Shown: positions 17,989 through 26,714 of the stretch, in pieces | How positions within the stretch are numbered: the stretch's first letter is position 1 | Layout of the letters: the number at the start of each line of letters is the position of its first letter | Origin: Thermoplasmata archaeon | GTDB lineage: Archaea; Thermoplasmatota; Thermoplasmata; Halarchaeoplasmatales; Halarchaeoplasmataceae | DNA length: 45,349 nucleotides | Direction: 5' to 3' | NCBI GenBank assembly: GCA_019594025.1 | Contig: JAFDUB010000002.1 | Span: 1 to 45,349 of the forward strand | Program-made: the position numbers and the translations under genes | Notes under the pieces: model-generated | What the model was told of the DNA's origin: nothing | What the model saw: the letters and a program-made list of their open reading frames with translations, nothing else | Database searches by the model: none

Positions 17989-18210
17989 CTAGTCCCACGA
18001 TAGTTGTCTAGCCTCTCTTTCGTCCTTGGTGCTTTTCTTGTACTCCTTCCAGTGTTTCTTACACAGGTAAGCGTTCGGTCCGTCGGCGTCTATATCCAAC
18101 CCTGCTTTTGTTGAGGCCTTTCCAGCGGGTACCGATTGTTTTTTCTTGCCGTCGCATCCCTTCACATCACACGTTTTCTTACGCCTCTTGCTTTTTCGCT
18201 CGTGCTTCAT
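17989..18210 (-). CDS. Small, very basic putative zinc-finger protein
   Basis: 73 aa and Lys/Arg-rich. Cys14, Cys19, Cys50 and His53 (TCDVKGC ... LCKKHW) form a plausible C-x4-C..C-x2-H site. An A/T-rich TATA-like stretch lies ~30 nt upstream of the ATG. I recognise no family. Confidence 0.45.
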   Translation of the reverse strand: MKHERKSKRRKKTCDVKGCDGKKKQSVPAGKASTKAGLDIDADGPNAYLCKKHWKEYKKSTKDEREARQLSWD

Positions 18211-18367
18211 CTTTACAACCCATTTAGTAATACATGTAAATAATATATTATACTTTGCCCCGCCGATCTCTCTTGACTCACTGCAAAAATATTTATATCA
18301 GCGCCCCTAATGCCTGCCGCAAATCCATAGTATCAAACAGTATAATGTTCCAAGGAGGAACCACAAT

Positions 18368-21256
18368 ATGAAACCAAAAACAACAGGCAAATTGGCTACC
18401 GGTCTGATAGTGCTTTTAATAGTACTTTCAGTCGCGATGGTACTGCAATGGAATGCGCGAGCAGAAGAACGCCATGTAGGGGCTGTAGAGGGAATAGTAC
18501 AGGCCCAAGACGGAAGCCTAATTCCAGAAGGATTCAATATCAATCTTGAAAACCTTAACGAAGAAGAGGTAATATCATCTTATACTCAAAAAGGAGGATA
18601 TTTCCAATTCTCGGATGTGGATGTAGGTCACTATAGATTAACAGTACCTACACAAACACATCATAGGGCCTACCACGGCAGCGAAACGGATATATTCTAT
18701 ATCGGTAAGGATGCCACAGAATTCCAAGAGATTGACGTGGTATCTAGAATTCGTGAGTACACCATCAACGGTACAGTACTAGATGAACAAGATGAGGTTG
18801 TTGAAGATGCTCGGATCCATCTGTTCGATGGTACGAGCTACCACTTCCAAACCGGTATCGAGAATGAAACAACCGGTTACTTTGAGTTTAGAACATACGA
18901 AGGTACATTCAACCTCCGCGTTGAAGGCGAGGATCTCGCACCCTACGTGATGTACGATTTAGTGGTGAATGAAACCACTACCGTCAACAAAACAATGACT
19001 ATAGATGTGGTGTTGAAGCAAACGCCACAGGTCAGCGGCTATTTATGGTCCGAAGAAGGATACGGAATAACCGCGCAGATGGCGGTAACACTTATAGATA
19101 ACGAGCATGGGGATATGTTCAGGACAACTATGCCTGAAGGAAATCCATGGTTCAACATAGGTGCAACGGCGGGGGAATATACTCTTATCGTTTCCGCCGA
19201 CGGTTACAAGCCTTATATCAATGAAAACGTAGAGATTCCAAACAACGATACAAACGTTCCTTTGAGTAGAGTGTTCGTAGAAGATACACCCATAGAAAGC
19301 GTGTCGACTCATATCGAATTCGATTCTTGGAACGCAATGACCGTTACTCGGGAAAGGACTTTAGAGATAAACAGTCGAATGATGGGTTTGGATTACTGGT
19401 ACTTCGGAAACCTAAGGATGCAAATCGACATGGTATTCGGTGATGGGGACGGAGAAGTCACCCCGGCCGAATTAGAGGCTTTCAAAGAGTGGATCGAATA
19501 CCGAGAAGCAAACCATACTACATCTCAGAGAACGCTATGGTTAGAAGATACGGTATACACCCTAGAAGAATACACTTTCGATTCCGATGAACTCGATACT
19601 TTGGTAGGAGACGTTACCGATCTTGATGTGAACACGATCACACTAACAAGTACGATGCATTACACCCCAGAAGAAGAGGTGGGGGTAGAAGATGATGATT
19701 CTATCCTTTTATACCTCGGACTTAAAAACGATATCGTGATAGGAAACTATCGTAATTACACCTACCAAATAACACTTCCAGATGCTTTCGAAAGAGTTAC
19801 AACAGACCAGGAAGAGATACCAGCTAATGTTGAGGTACAGGGATATACGGACATATTCATAGACACTCCCGAAGGATTGGGACGATCATATCTGACTTTA
19901 GATATATACCAGTCCGAAGAAGGAGAGGCTTCTATAGAACTGGTCGAGGACGTGAACGTTTACCTTATGGACGAGAAGTACTATGCAGTACAGATAGATA
20001 CGAACGTAACGTGTGTGGCAGATTTGACCGATCCGGTCGGTAGTCCCGAGGACGCAAATTACACCTGGCTCTTGGATAATACGGAGATAGGCAAGTACGG
20101 CGATGAGATAACACATACCTTTGAACAAGAAGGCGAAGTCAATCTAACGGTTAGAATTCGTCAAGCAGGTGGTTTGGTAGTTTCCGCTTACACCAATATT
20201 CTTGTTGATGGTACAGGGCCTCACGGAGAGATAGAAGTTGCTAACCACACCGTAGATGAAGGTGAAACAATCGAGTTCTCGGCATACAATTTCACGGATG
20301 AAAGTGAGATACGAGAATTTAGCTGGAACTTCAGCGACGGAACGGATCACGTCACCGGTACGAACGTTACTCATTCATTCGAATTATACGGTACCTATGA
20401 AGTATCTGTAAACGCCACGGATGTTGTTGGTAACTGGAACATAGAGACAATAGAAATAGAGGTAATGGATGTTACACCACCGGTGGCAAGGTTCACCGCA
20501 ACGTACGATGACCAAGAGGTAGACAGTGAAAACATTACCACCACCGTGCGATTAGAGAGGCATCAAGAGTTTTCACTCGACGCTAGCCGATCCTACGACC
20601 CTGAAGGATTCGATGGTGAGCAAGGAGACGTGAGCGTAGTCTGGTGGATAACTGGTGTTGAATTTAGAAGCGAGGAGTTCGAGATATTGAACTATTCATT
20701 CTCAGAACTCGGAACCTACGATATACAATTGAACGTCACCGACGAAGCCGGGAATTATGACAACATATCTCGAACCGTTGAGGTGATACCCGGACCTACA
20801 CCGAACATAGAAGTAACAGAGGTCTTCCTATCTGAAGACGAAGTAAAAAGTGGTGATGAGGTGCAGGTGATCGCAAACGTTACCAACTACGGTACCGCAA
20901 ACGCCACCAACGTGAACGTCGTATTCAGAGTAGATGGAGAGGTAGTAGCCATTACACCCAGGTTCTACTACATCGATGGTGAAGAGGCTGATGCTTCAAT
21001 ACCCATGGATGAATACAGACACATCAAGTTTGACTGGGAAGCTGAGGAAGGCGAACGAACTTTAACCGTCAACGTGACCGATGCCGATGAACCTGCGGCT
21101 TGGTTGTACGACAACGAAGTGGAGATAACTGTAGACGTTGAACCACCAGCATGGCGCACTTTGATAGGCTACATACTTGTTCCAGTGATAATAATCGGAG
21201 TAGCAGTAGGACTTTATCTGAATAAAGATAAAGTACAGAATATGCTGCGTAGGTAA
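18368..21256 (+). CDS. Secreted, C-terminally anchored surface protein with carboxypeptidase-regulatory-like, PKD and CARDB domains
   Basis: 962 aa. A strong SD (AAGGAGGA) lies 11-18 nt upstream of the ATG. The signal/anchor is LATGLIVLLIVLSVAMVL. N-terminal beta-sandwich repeats end in GHYRLTV, GTFNLRV and GEYTLIV. PKD modules read YTWLLDNTEIGKYGDEITHTFEQEGEVNLTV and FSWNFSDGTDHVTGTNVTHSFELYGTYEVSVNATDVVGN. The CARDB module is PNIEVTEVFLSEDEVKSGDEVQVIANVTNYGTANATNVNVVF. The C-terminal TM is LIGYILVPVIIIGVAVGLYL. Confidence 0.85.
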   Translation: MKPKTTGKLATGLIVLLIVLSVAMVLQWNARAEERHVGAVEGIVQAQDGSLIPEGFNINLENLNEEEVISSYTQKGGYFQFSDVDVGHYRLTVPTQTHHRAYHGSETDIFYIGKDATEFQEIDVVSRIREYTINGTVLDEQDEVVEDARIHLFDGTSYHFQTGIENETTGYFEFRTYEGTFNLRVEGEDLAPYVMYDLVVNETTTVNKTMTIDVVLKQTPQVSGYLWSEEGYGITAQMAVTLIDNEHGDMFRTTMPEGNPWFNIGATAGEYTLIVSADGYKPYINENVEIPNNDTNVPLSRVFVEDTPIESVSTHIEFDSWNAMTVTRERTLEINSRMMGLDYWYFGNLRMQIDMVFGDGDGEVTPAELEAFKEWIEYREANHTTSQRTLWLEDTVYTLEEYTFDSDELDTLVGDVTDLDVNTITLTSTMHYTPEEEVGVEDDDSILLYLGLKNDIVIGNYRNYTYQITLPDAFERVTTDQEEIPANVEVQGYTDIFIDTPEGLGRSYLTLDIYQSEEGEASIELVEDVNVYLMDEKYYAVQIDTNVTCVADLTDPVGSPEDANYTWLLDNTEIGKYGDEITHTFEQEGEVNLTVRIRQAGGLVVSAYTNILVDGTGPHGEIEVANHTVDEGETIEFSAYNFTDESEIREFSWNFSDGTDHVTGTNVTHSFELYGTYEVSVNATDVVGNWNIETIEIEVMDVTPPVARFTATYDDQEVDSENITTTVRLERHQEFSLDASRSYDPEGFDGEQGDVSVVWWITGVEFRSEEFEILNYSFSELGTYDIQLNVTDEAGNYDNISRTVEVIPGPTPNIEVTEVFLSEDEVKSGDEVQVIANVTNYGTANATNVNVVFRVDGEVVAITPRFYYIDGEEADASIPMDEYRHIKFDWEAEEGERTLTVNVTDADEPAAWLYDNEVEITVDVEPPAWRTLIGYILVPVIIIGVAVGLYLNKDKVQNMLRR

Positions 21257-21267
21257 ACCAAAAAACC

Positions 21268-21289
21268 TTTCCTTTTATTTTCTTTTTTT
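21268..21289 (+). terminator. T-rich tract after the 962-aa surface-protein gene (convergent junction with argS)
   Basis: TTTCCTTTTATTTTCTTTTTTT begins 12 nt after the TAA at 21254-21256. Confidence 0.35.
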
Positions 21290-22964
21290 ACATATACTCT
21301 AGAGCGATTATACCCAATGCATCTAATACGTCTTTGAGAACATTCTTTGAAGAGAGAACGAGGGCCAATCTAGGAAGTTCATTATCTTCAGACTGTAGAA
21401 CGGGATAATCCCGGTAAAACTGATTGAATTCGGCCGCCAGTTGAACACCGTAATTTGCCAGCAAGTGGGGAGAGGTTGTCGAGTCGAGAAGAACACATGG
21501 GTACTGCGCTATCTTTTTTACTAACTTTATCTCTCCTTCGGAATCTAAGGATGTAGGATCGACCAGGGCAAGCTCATCTTTATCTCCACCCCATTTCCTT
21601 AATATACTAGCCGCTCTAGCGTGTGAGTACTGAACGAAGGGAGCACTGCTTCCCTGGAAATTTAGAGCCTCTTCCCACCTGAAATCGATGGGTTTCTCGG
21701 GCTGTACTTTGATCATGTTGAATCTTACCGCACCCGTGCCCACTATTTCCGCAATATCCTGCACATCCTCATGCTTTAGGTCGTCTCTCCTGGCTAGTAA
21801 CTCGTCCTCCGCACGCTCATGGGCTGTGTCCATCAAACCGTCCAGCCATACGGACCTACCTGAACGGGTCGACATCTTCTCACCCTCGAGGGATACGAAG
21901 GAATAGAAGATGAACTCAGGGGGCGGATGAATTTCCAAAGCCTCCAACGCTTTGAAGATGGAAAGTGCGTGCATCTTATGGTCCTCCCCCAGTATGTCGA
22001 TCATCCTATCTGTTCTTTCCGTTTTCTCTACGTGATAGGCTATGTCGCGGGCGGGATAAAGACTGGTACCGTCGCTTCTAGTTAGATATACCCTGTTATC
22101 GCCCCATTCGATGTAAAGGGCACCTTCATCATCTCCGCAGATAGGAGCTTCCCTCAATGCATCTACGGCCCCACGCACCTTACCTCCGAGTATGAGCGAC
22201 GATTCGGTCTTGAAGCTGTCGTGAGTTATGTTCAATCGTTTTAAGGAAGCTTTGTGGCCGGATAGAACTTGCTTTGAATTGGCTTTGAATGTTTCTATTG
22301 TATCGGCATCTCCTGACTCCATCAGTCTGATTATGTCGTGAATCCCCTCTTTAACGTAGTCGTCTCCCATAAGTTTGGATGCCTTCTGGTAGTAAACCAT
22401 CAGTCGATGGTCCGGTTTATCTCTTTCAACTTTTTCCACATCGGTTTCGGATAGATTTTCCAATCCCCAGGTAAGTATCGCCACCTGACGACCCATGTCA
22501 TCGACGTAGTACTCGGTTGTAACGTCGTATCCCAAGCGTTTGAATATCCTGGCAACGGTATCTCCGATTATGGGGTTACGGGCGTTGCCTACATGAAGAG
22601 GGGCGTTTGGGTTGGCACTGGTATGTTCGATGAGTACTTTTTCATCTTTTTGCTCGAACCAGCCGAAGTCCACCTCTAAGCATTTCTTAATAGTGTTTTT
22701 TAATAGATAACTTTCATCTATTCGGAAGTTAAGGTATGATCCCGCCTGCGCTACGTTTCCCATCGTTAGTTCTATCTCATCGACTAGTTCCGAAGCGATC
22801 TCATTAGGATTTTTTTTAAATATGGGTGCGAAGGAAAAACACGGTACCGCGTAGTCTCCTCTTTCCTCAGAGGGAATTTCTACAGGAATCTCCGTGTCCT
22901 CCCCCAATATACTTTTGATCTCCCTTTTGATCTCTTCTTTAAAATCGATCAGTGCGTAATTCAT
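21288..22964 (-). CDS. argS: Arginine--tRNA ligase
   Basis: 558 aa. The class I HIGH-type motif is HTSANPNAPLHVGNARN, followed by KMSTRSG and a C-terminal DALR-type anticodon-binding region (QLAAEFNQFYRDYPVL). Confidence 0.95.
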   Translation of the reverse strand: MNYALIDFKEEIKREIKSILGEDTEIPVEIPSEERGDYAVPCFSFAPIFKKNPNEIASELVDEIELTMGNVAQAGSYLNFRIDESYLLKNTIKKCLEVDFGWFEQKDEKVLIEHTSANPNAPLHVGNARNPIIGDTVARIFKRLGYDVTTEYYVDDMGRQVAILTWGLENLSETDVEKVERDKPDHRLMVYYQKASKLMGDDYVKEGIHDIIRLMESGDADTIETFKANSKQVLSGHKASLKRLNITHDSFKTESSLILGGKVRGAVDALREAPICGDDEGALYIEWGDNRVYLTRSDGTSLYPARDIAYHVEKTERTDRMIDILGEDHKMHALSIFKALEALEIHPPPEFIFYSFVSLEGEKMSTRSGRSVWLDGLMDTAHERAEDELLARRDDLKHEDVQDIAEIVGTGAVRFNMIKVQPEKPIDFRWEEALNFQGSSAPFVQYSHARAASILRKWGGDKDELALVDPTSLDSEGEIKLVKKIAQYPCVLLDSTTSPHLLANYGVQLAAEFNQFYRDYPVLQSEDNELPRLALVLSSKNVLKDVLDALGIIALEYM

Positions 22965-24193
22965 ACGACCCCCTCGCCAATTCTAAATCTTAAAATCGCC
23001 GCTAGACCTCCAAAGGCGGTAAGCAATAATTCACCTTCCTCGGACTCATCGGAAATCAGTTCGACCGAAGAGCCGACGCTTTCCGCCTCCTCGTAAAGCT
23101 CATCGATGATGTCCCGCTTATCTTTGATATCCATAATATTCTCACATTCAGGGCACTCCGGAGCCTTAACCGGTTTTGTGGATGAGAATTCAATACCATG
23201 ACCACAATCATCACAAACGGCGTTAACGGTAACTTTGTTTATACCGTCGGATATCAATAAGGTATCTACCGCTCCTATCATTAGTGCCTTCCTAACATGT
23301 TCCTCACCGTATGTAGCTAACCCTCCATCAGGTTTACGTATCTCTTTGAGCAAACGGGTGACCAACTTTTTCTCTTTCATTACTTCCAAGCCGGAGAGGG
23401 TGTCTTCCGCCATCTGTACTAGCTCTCTGAGACCGTACTCATCGGTGTAACCGGTGTTGAAACGGTCGATTATTTTTTTCTCAAGCTCATGGTGAAGATA
23501 GTCACCGTCGGCAAATTCGTCCTTTGTAGCTCCGGGACCGCCTATCAATAAACCCTCTAGGTTTTCGTCCAATAGTAAGCGATTTGCCTTATCACCCACC
23601 TTCTTAAAGTATTGATGGGCGGCACCCTCGATCAGCCTCTCGAACCTCTGGGCGGACTGACCTCCTTTGGAGTGCTTACTGGGTATCAGTGATTGTATAT
23701 TGGTGAGTGATTCAACCTTGTTTCCATTCAACATACCGATCGTAGCTTCGCTGCGGTCTACCACGATTAATCCGTACTTGATTTTGTCTCCAATCATACC
23801 CCGCAGTGGTTCGAGGTAGAACTCGGAATCACAGCGATAGAGGAATGTTTCGATGGGGGAAGGAGGTTCTATGGTTTCGGAGATCATCTCCGTTTGATCA
23901 CCGGAGGCGGATACATGCCCCACGAAGAAAACCAAACCGTTCTCAGGTGGTTTATTGAAGTACTTTAGTTTAGATAATATGGATTTTAACGCAGACTGAA
24001 CGTGTTTCTTGGTAGACTTCGATTTGATGTTGGAGCTCTGTGACATCTCTTCTCTCAGATAAGATGCTACATCCGATATCTGTTTGTCCGGTGGGATGTA
24101 GAGTGAGATTAATTCAGTTCCACGACCTTTTAGTTCCTGTATCTTCTCAAGTGCCTTCTTGAACTCGTACTCTTGTTTTTTGGACATCTCCAT
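22961..24193 (-). CDS. prf1: Peptide chain release factor aRF1
   Basis: The NIKS motif (SSNIKSKSTKK) and the GGQ motif (HSKGGQSAQRFERL) are present. I placed the start at the ATG at 24193 (MEMSKKQ); the track start at 24202 is TTG. The stop overlaps the argS start (ATGA). Confidence 0.95.
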   Translation of the reverse strand: MEMSKKQEYEFKKALEKIQELKGRGTELISLYIPPDKQISDVASYLREEMSQSSNIKSKSTKKHVQSALKSILSKLKYFNKPPENGLVFFVGHVSASGDQTEMISETIEPPSPIETFLYRCDSEFYLEPLRGMIGDKIKYGLIVVDRSEATIGMLNGNKVESLTNIQSLIPSKHSKGGQSAQRFERLIEGAAHQYFKKVGDKANRLLLDENLEGLLIGGPGATKDEFADGDYLHHELEKKIIDRFNTGYTDEYGLRELVQMAEDTLSGLEVMKEKKLVTRLLKEIRKPDGGLATYGEEHVRKALMIGAVDTLLISDGINKVTVNAVCDDCGHGIEFSSTKPVKAPECPECENIMDIKDKRDIIDELYEEAESVGSSVELISDESEEGELLLTAFGGLAAILRFRIGEGVV

Positions 24194-24291
24194 GAAGATC
24201 AATTCCAGTGAGTAAAAATTCGGTACGATAAATATGTTTTGTGGGTTTTGAGCGATTTAAAGTGAAGTGTTTTTTAAGGTATAGGACAAAG

Positions 24292-24299
24292 TATAAATA
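24292..24299 (+). promoter_or_regulatory. TATA box for the regulator-znuACB operon (leaderless geometry)
   Basis: TATAAATA ends 23 nt upstream of the ATG at 24323. An imperfect palindrome GTTAAGTAGTAGTTAAC (24303-24319) lies between the TATA box and the ATG and could be an operator. Confidence 0.4.
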
Positions 24300-24322
24300 T
24301 ATGTTAAGTAGTAGTTAACAAT

Positions 24323-24802
24323 ATGGAGAACAATGAACTTACCGGTAGGGATAGAGAATACCTTCGGGGTTTATTCCTGTTAAAGGCACATGAAGAACCG
24401 GTCGGTCCTGCTGAAATAGCTAAAGTGATGAAAGTGTCACGAGTGGCTACACTCAAGAAGATGAGACGGTTAGAGTACCTGGGATATGGTGAGTATATCA
24501 CTAGAAAAGGACTGAAGATAAATAGTGAAGCCGAGGAGCTTGTGCAGAAGGATATTCGTAAACATCACCTCCTGGAAAAGTTCCTAGAGACCACTTTGGA
24601 CATGGGATCTGAAGAAGCTTGTGATGAATCGGCGGCATTGGACATCTCAGTGAGCGGCAACCTATTGGAAAGGATGGATTCTAAGTACGGCAACGATCTG
24701 AATTGCGACTGTGGCTGCTGTATTTCAGCCGACTATGAACCTGAGGATCTTTACGACTGCCACTGGTATCAGAAACAGTTCTCCATTGGAATCAGTTGGT
24801 GA
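24323..24802 (+). CDS. DtxR/MntR-family metal-dependent transcriptional regulator with an atypical Cys-rich C-terminus
   Basis: 159 aa. The N-terminal wHTH is PVGPAEIAKVMKVSRVATLKKMRRLEYLGY. The dimerisation helix RKHHLLEKFL is typical of the DtxR family. The C-terminus carries NCDCGCCISADYEPEDLYDCHW. Confidence 0.75.
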   Translation: MENNELTGRDREYLRGLFLLKAHEEPVGPAEIAKVMKVSRVATLKKMRRLEYLGYGEYITRKGLKINSEAEELVQKDIRKHHLLEKFLETTLDMGSEEACDESAALDISVSGNLLERMDSKYGNDLNCDCGCCISADYEPEDLYDCHWYQKQFSIGISW

Positions 24803-24806
24803 TAAA

Positions 24807-25943
24807 ATGAAAAGTAAAATGATAATTGCTGGTATTGTGATCTTGCTTATGATGGCGGTGTTTTCCACCGGATGTATCGATGAAGATGACGGTGAATACG
24901 ATCTTCGAGTTGTAGTTTCGATCCCCCCTCAGAGGGAGTGGGTTGAAGAGATCGGTGGAGAAGGTATCAAAGTAACCGTTATGGTTCCACCTGGAAGCGA
25001 CCCACACACCTACGAACCCACTAGTTCTCAGATGGTGGATGTTTCAGAAGCGGATATTTACTTCAAAGTAGGTGCGGGTATGGAATTTGAAGAGCGGTGG
25101 ATGGATACGCTGATCGAATACAACGAGGACATGAGGATAGTGGACGGCAGCGAAGGGGTTCATCTATTAGATTACGAGAGTCATCACGACCATGAGTTTG
25201 AGCACCTTATCGAAGATATAGACCACATAATTCATGAATGGGAAGACGGCCACATGACTGCTGAAGATGCACTGGAGGCTATCGATGATCTGATACATCA
25301 ACATGAAGAGGATGACCATGAACAGGAACATCTTATCGAAGATATAGATCACATAATTCATGAATGGGAATACGGAAATGTCACCGCCGAGGGGGCTATG
25401 GAAGCTATCGAAGATCTGATACATCAACATGAAGAGGATGAGCATGGACACGAGGGGGACGATCCTCACATATGGTTGTCACCGGTGAATGCTAAGATGA
25501 TGATAAACGACCTCCTGAATGCTTTAATCGAGGTTGATCCGGATAATGCCGATATTTATAACGAAAATGCCGGGAATTACCTCGACCGATTAAATTCTCT
25601 TCACGAAGAGGTAGAGGAGGCACTTCATCCACATCACGGACGTAAGTTTTTGATATACCACCCGTCCATGAACTACTTCGCCCACGAATATGGGTTGGTG
25701 CAGATAGGGGTGGAGAGAGAGGGACAGGAACCCGGCGCTTCCGGCTTGGCGGCTGTAATAGAGCAGGCTAAGGAAGAGAACATACGTGTCGTGTTCGTGT
25801 CACCACAATTCGACGAGAGCAACGCACAGACGATAGCTGATGAAATCGACGGGGAGGTTATCACCCTTAATCCCTTAGCTGAAAAGTATATTGAAAATAT
25901 AGAGGATATAACGAGTAAATTAGTGGATGCGTTCAGCGAGTAA
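24807..25943 (+). CDS. znuA: Metal ABC transporter substrate-binding (lipo)protein, ZnuA/TroA cluster, with a long His/Asp/Glu-rich loop
   Basis: I placed the start at the ATG at 24807 (MKSKMIIAGIVILLMMAVFSTGC, lipobox-like), 4 nt after the regulator stop. SBP motifs are PPGSDPHTYEP, DPHIWLSP and FVSPQF. The His-rich insert favours zinc, but Mn/Fe specificity is not excluded. Confidence 0.8.
   Translation: MKSKMIIAGIVILLMMAVFSTGCIDEDDGEYDLRVVVSIPPQREWVEEIGGEGIKVTVMVPPGSDPHTYEPTSSQMVDVSEADIYFKVGAGMEFEERWMDTLIEYNEDMRIVDGSEGVHLLDYESHHDHEFEHLIEDIDHIIHEWEDGHMTAEDALEAIDDLIHQHEEDDHEQEHLIEDIDHIIHEWEYGNVTAEGAMEAIEDLIHQHEEDEHGHEGDDPHIWLSPVNAKMMINDLLNALIEVDPDNADIYNENAGNYLDRLNSLHEEVEEALHPHHGRKFLIYHPSMNYFAHEYGLVQIGVEREGQEPGASGLAAVIEQAKEENIRVVFVSPQFDESNAQTIADEIDGEVITLNPLAEKYIENIEDITSKLVDAFSE
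25203..25454 (+). repeat. 126-bp (42-codon) in-frame tandem duplication inside the znuA His-rich loop
   Basis: Copy 1 (25203-25328) encodes HLIEDIDHIIHEWEDGHMTAEDALEAIDDLIHQHEEDDHEQE. Copy 2 (25329-25454) encodes HLIEDIDHIIHEWEYGNVTAEGAMEAIEDLIHQHEEDEHGHE. The nucleotide sequences are near-identical over long stretches. Confidence 0.9.
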
Positions 25944-25945
25944 AC

Positions 25946-26713
25946 ATGACTAAAGCATTGGAAATAAGGGACGTGACGGTCAAATACGATAAAACCACCG
26001 TGTTAAAAGACGTTAATCTGGAGTTGGAGAAAGGAGACTTTCTAGGCATCATCGGACCTAACGGCGGTGGTAAGACCACTCTATTAAAAACCATCTTGGG
26101 TCTTATAACCCCTGACGAAGGTGAAGTTCTTCTTTTCGGAGAACCTCCTGGTTCAGAAGCCCGGGTGATGGGATACATACCTCAACACACCAGGTTCGAC
26201 ATGAAGTTCCCGATCAAAGTGTTCGACGTTGTCCTTATGGGGCGTTTGGGGAAGCTGGGATTCAGCCCCTTTTACTCTCGTGAGGATAAGAAGATAGCTA
26301 GGGATGTGCTGAAGGACGTTGATATGTGGGAGTATCGAAAGAGACACATATCCAAACTGTCCGGCGGGCAGCTTCAAAGAGTATTACTGGCACGGGCATT
26401 AGCCACTAAGCCAGATTTTTTGTTACTCGACGAGCCCACAGCCAGTGTAGATGAGAAGATGAAAGGAAGCATATACTCTCTACTCAACGAATTGAAAGAA
26501 AGGGGGATCACCATAATCTTGGTATCTCACGACATAGGCGTGATATCCTCCCACGTTAAAAAAGTGGCCTGCTTGAACAAGTATCTGATCTATCATGGAG
26601 ATGGGGAGCTATCATCGGACATGATAGAGGCGGCTTACGAATGCCCCATCGATCTGATAGCCCACGGCCTACCACATCGAGTTTATGAACATCGTATGCC
26701 GGAGGATGAATAG
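25946..26713 (+). CDS. znuC: Metal ABC transporter ATP-binding protein
   Basis: Walker A GPNGGGKTTLLK, signature LSGGQLQRVLLARAL, Walker B LLLDEPTASVD and the H-loop VSHD are present. Confidence 0.9.
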   Translation: MTKALEIRDVTVKYDKTTVLKDVNLELEKGDFLGIIGPNGGGKTTLLKTILGLITPDEGEVLLFGEPPGSEARVMGYIPQHTRFDMKFPIKVFDVVLMGRLGKLGFSPFYSREDKKIARDVLKDVDMWEYRKRHISKLSGGQLQRVLLARALATKPDFLLLDEPTASVDEKMKGSIYSLLNELKERGITIILVSHDIGVISSHVKKVACLNKYLIYHGDGELSSDMIEAAYECPIDLIAHGLPHRVYEHRMPEDE

Positions 26714-26714
26714 G

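Noticed and set aside
23130-23236. CxxC...CxxC zinc-ribbon-like insertion in the C-terminal domain of aRF1 (VCDDCGHG..ECPECEN)
   Set aside because: To my recollection, similar Cys4 mini-domains occur in the C-domain of aRF1 in several archaeal lineages. It is therefore probably a lineage feature rather than a novelty. I could not verify this without an alignment.
24711-24806. Upstream extension of the znuA-like ORF (track start at 24711)
   Set aside because: The extension overlaps the regulator CDS in another frame. The ATG at 24807 gives a canonical lipoprotein-type signal peptide directly after the regulator stop.
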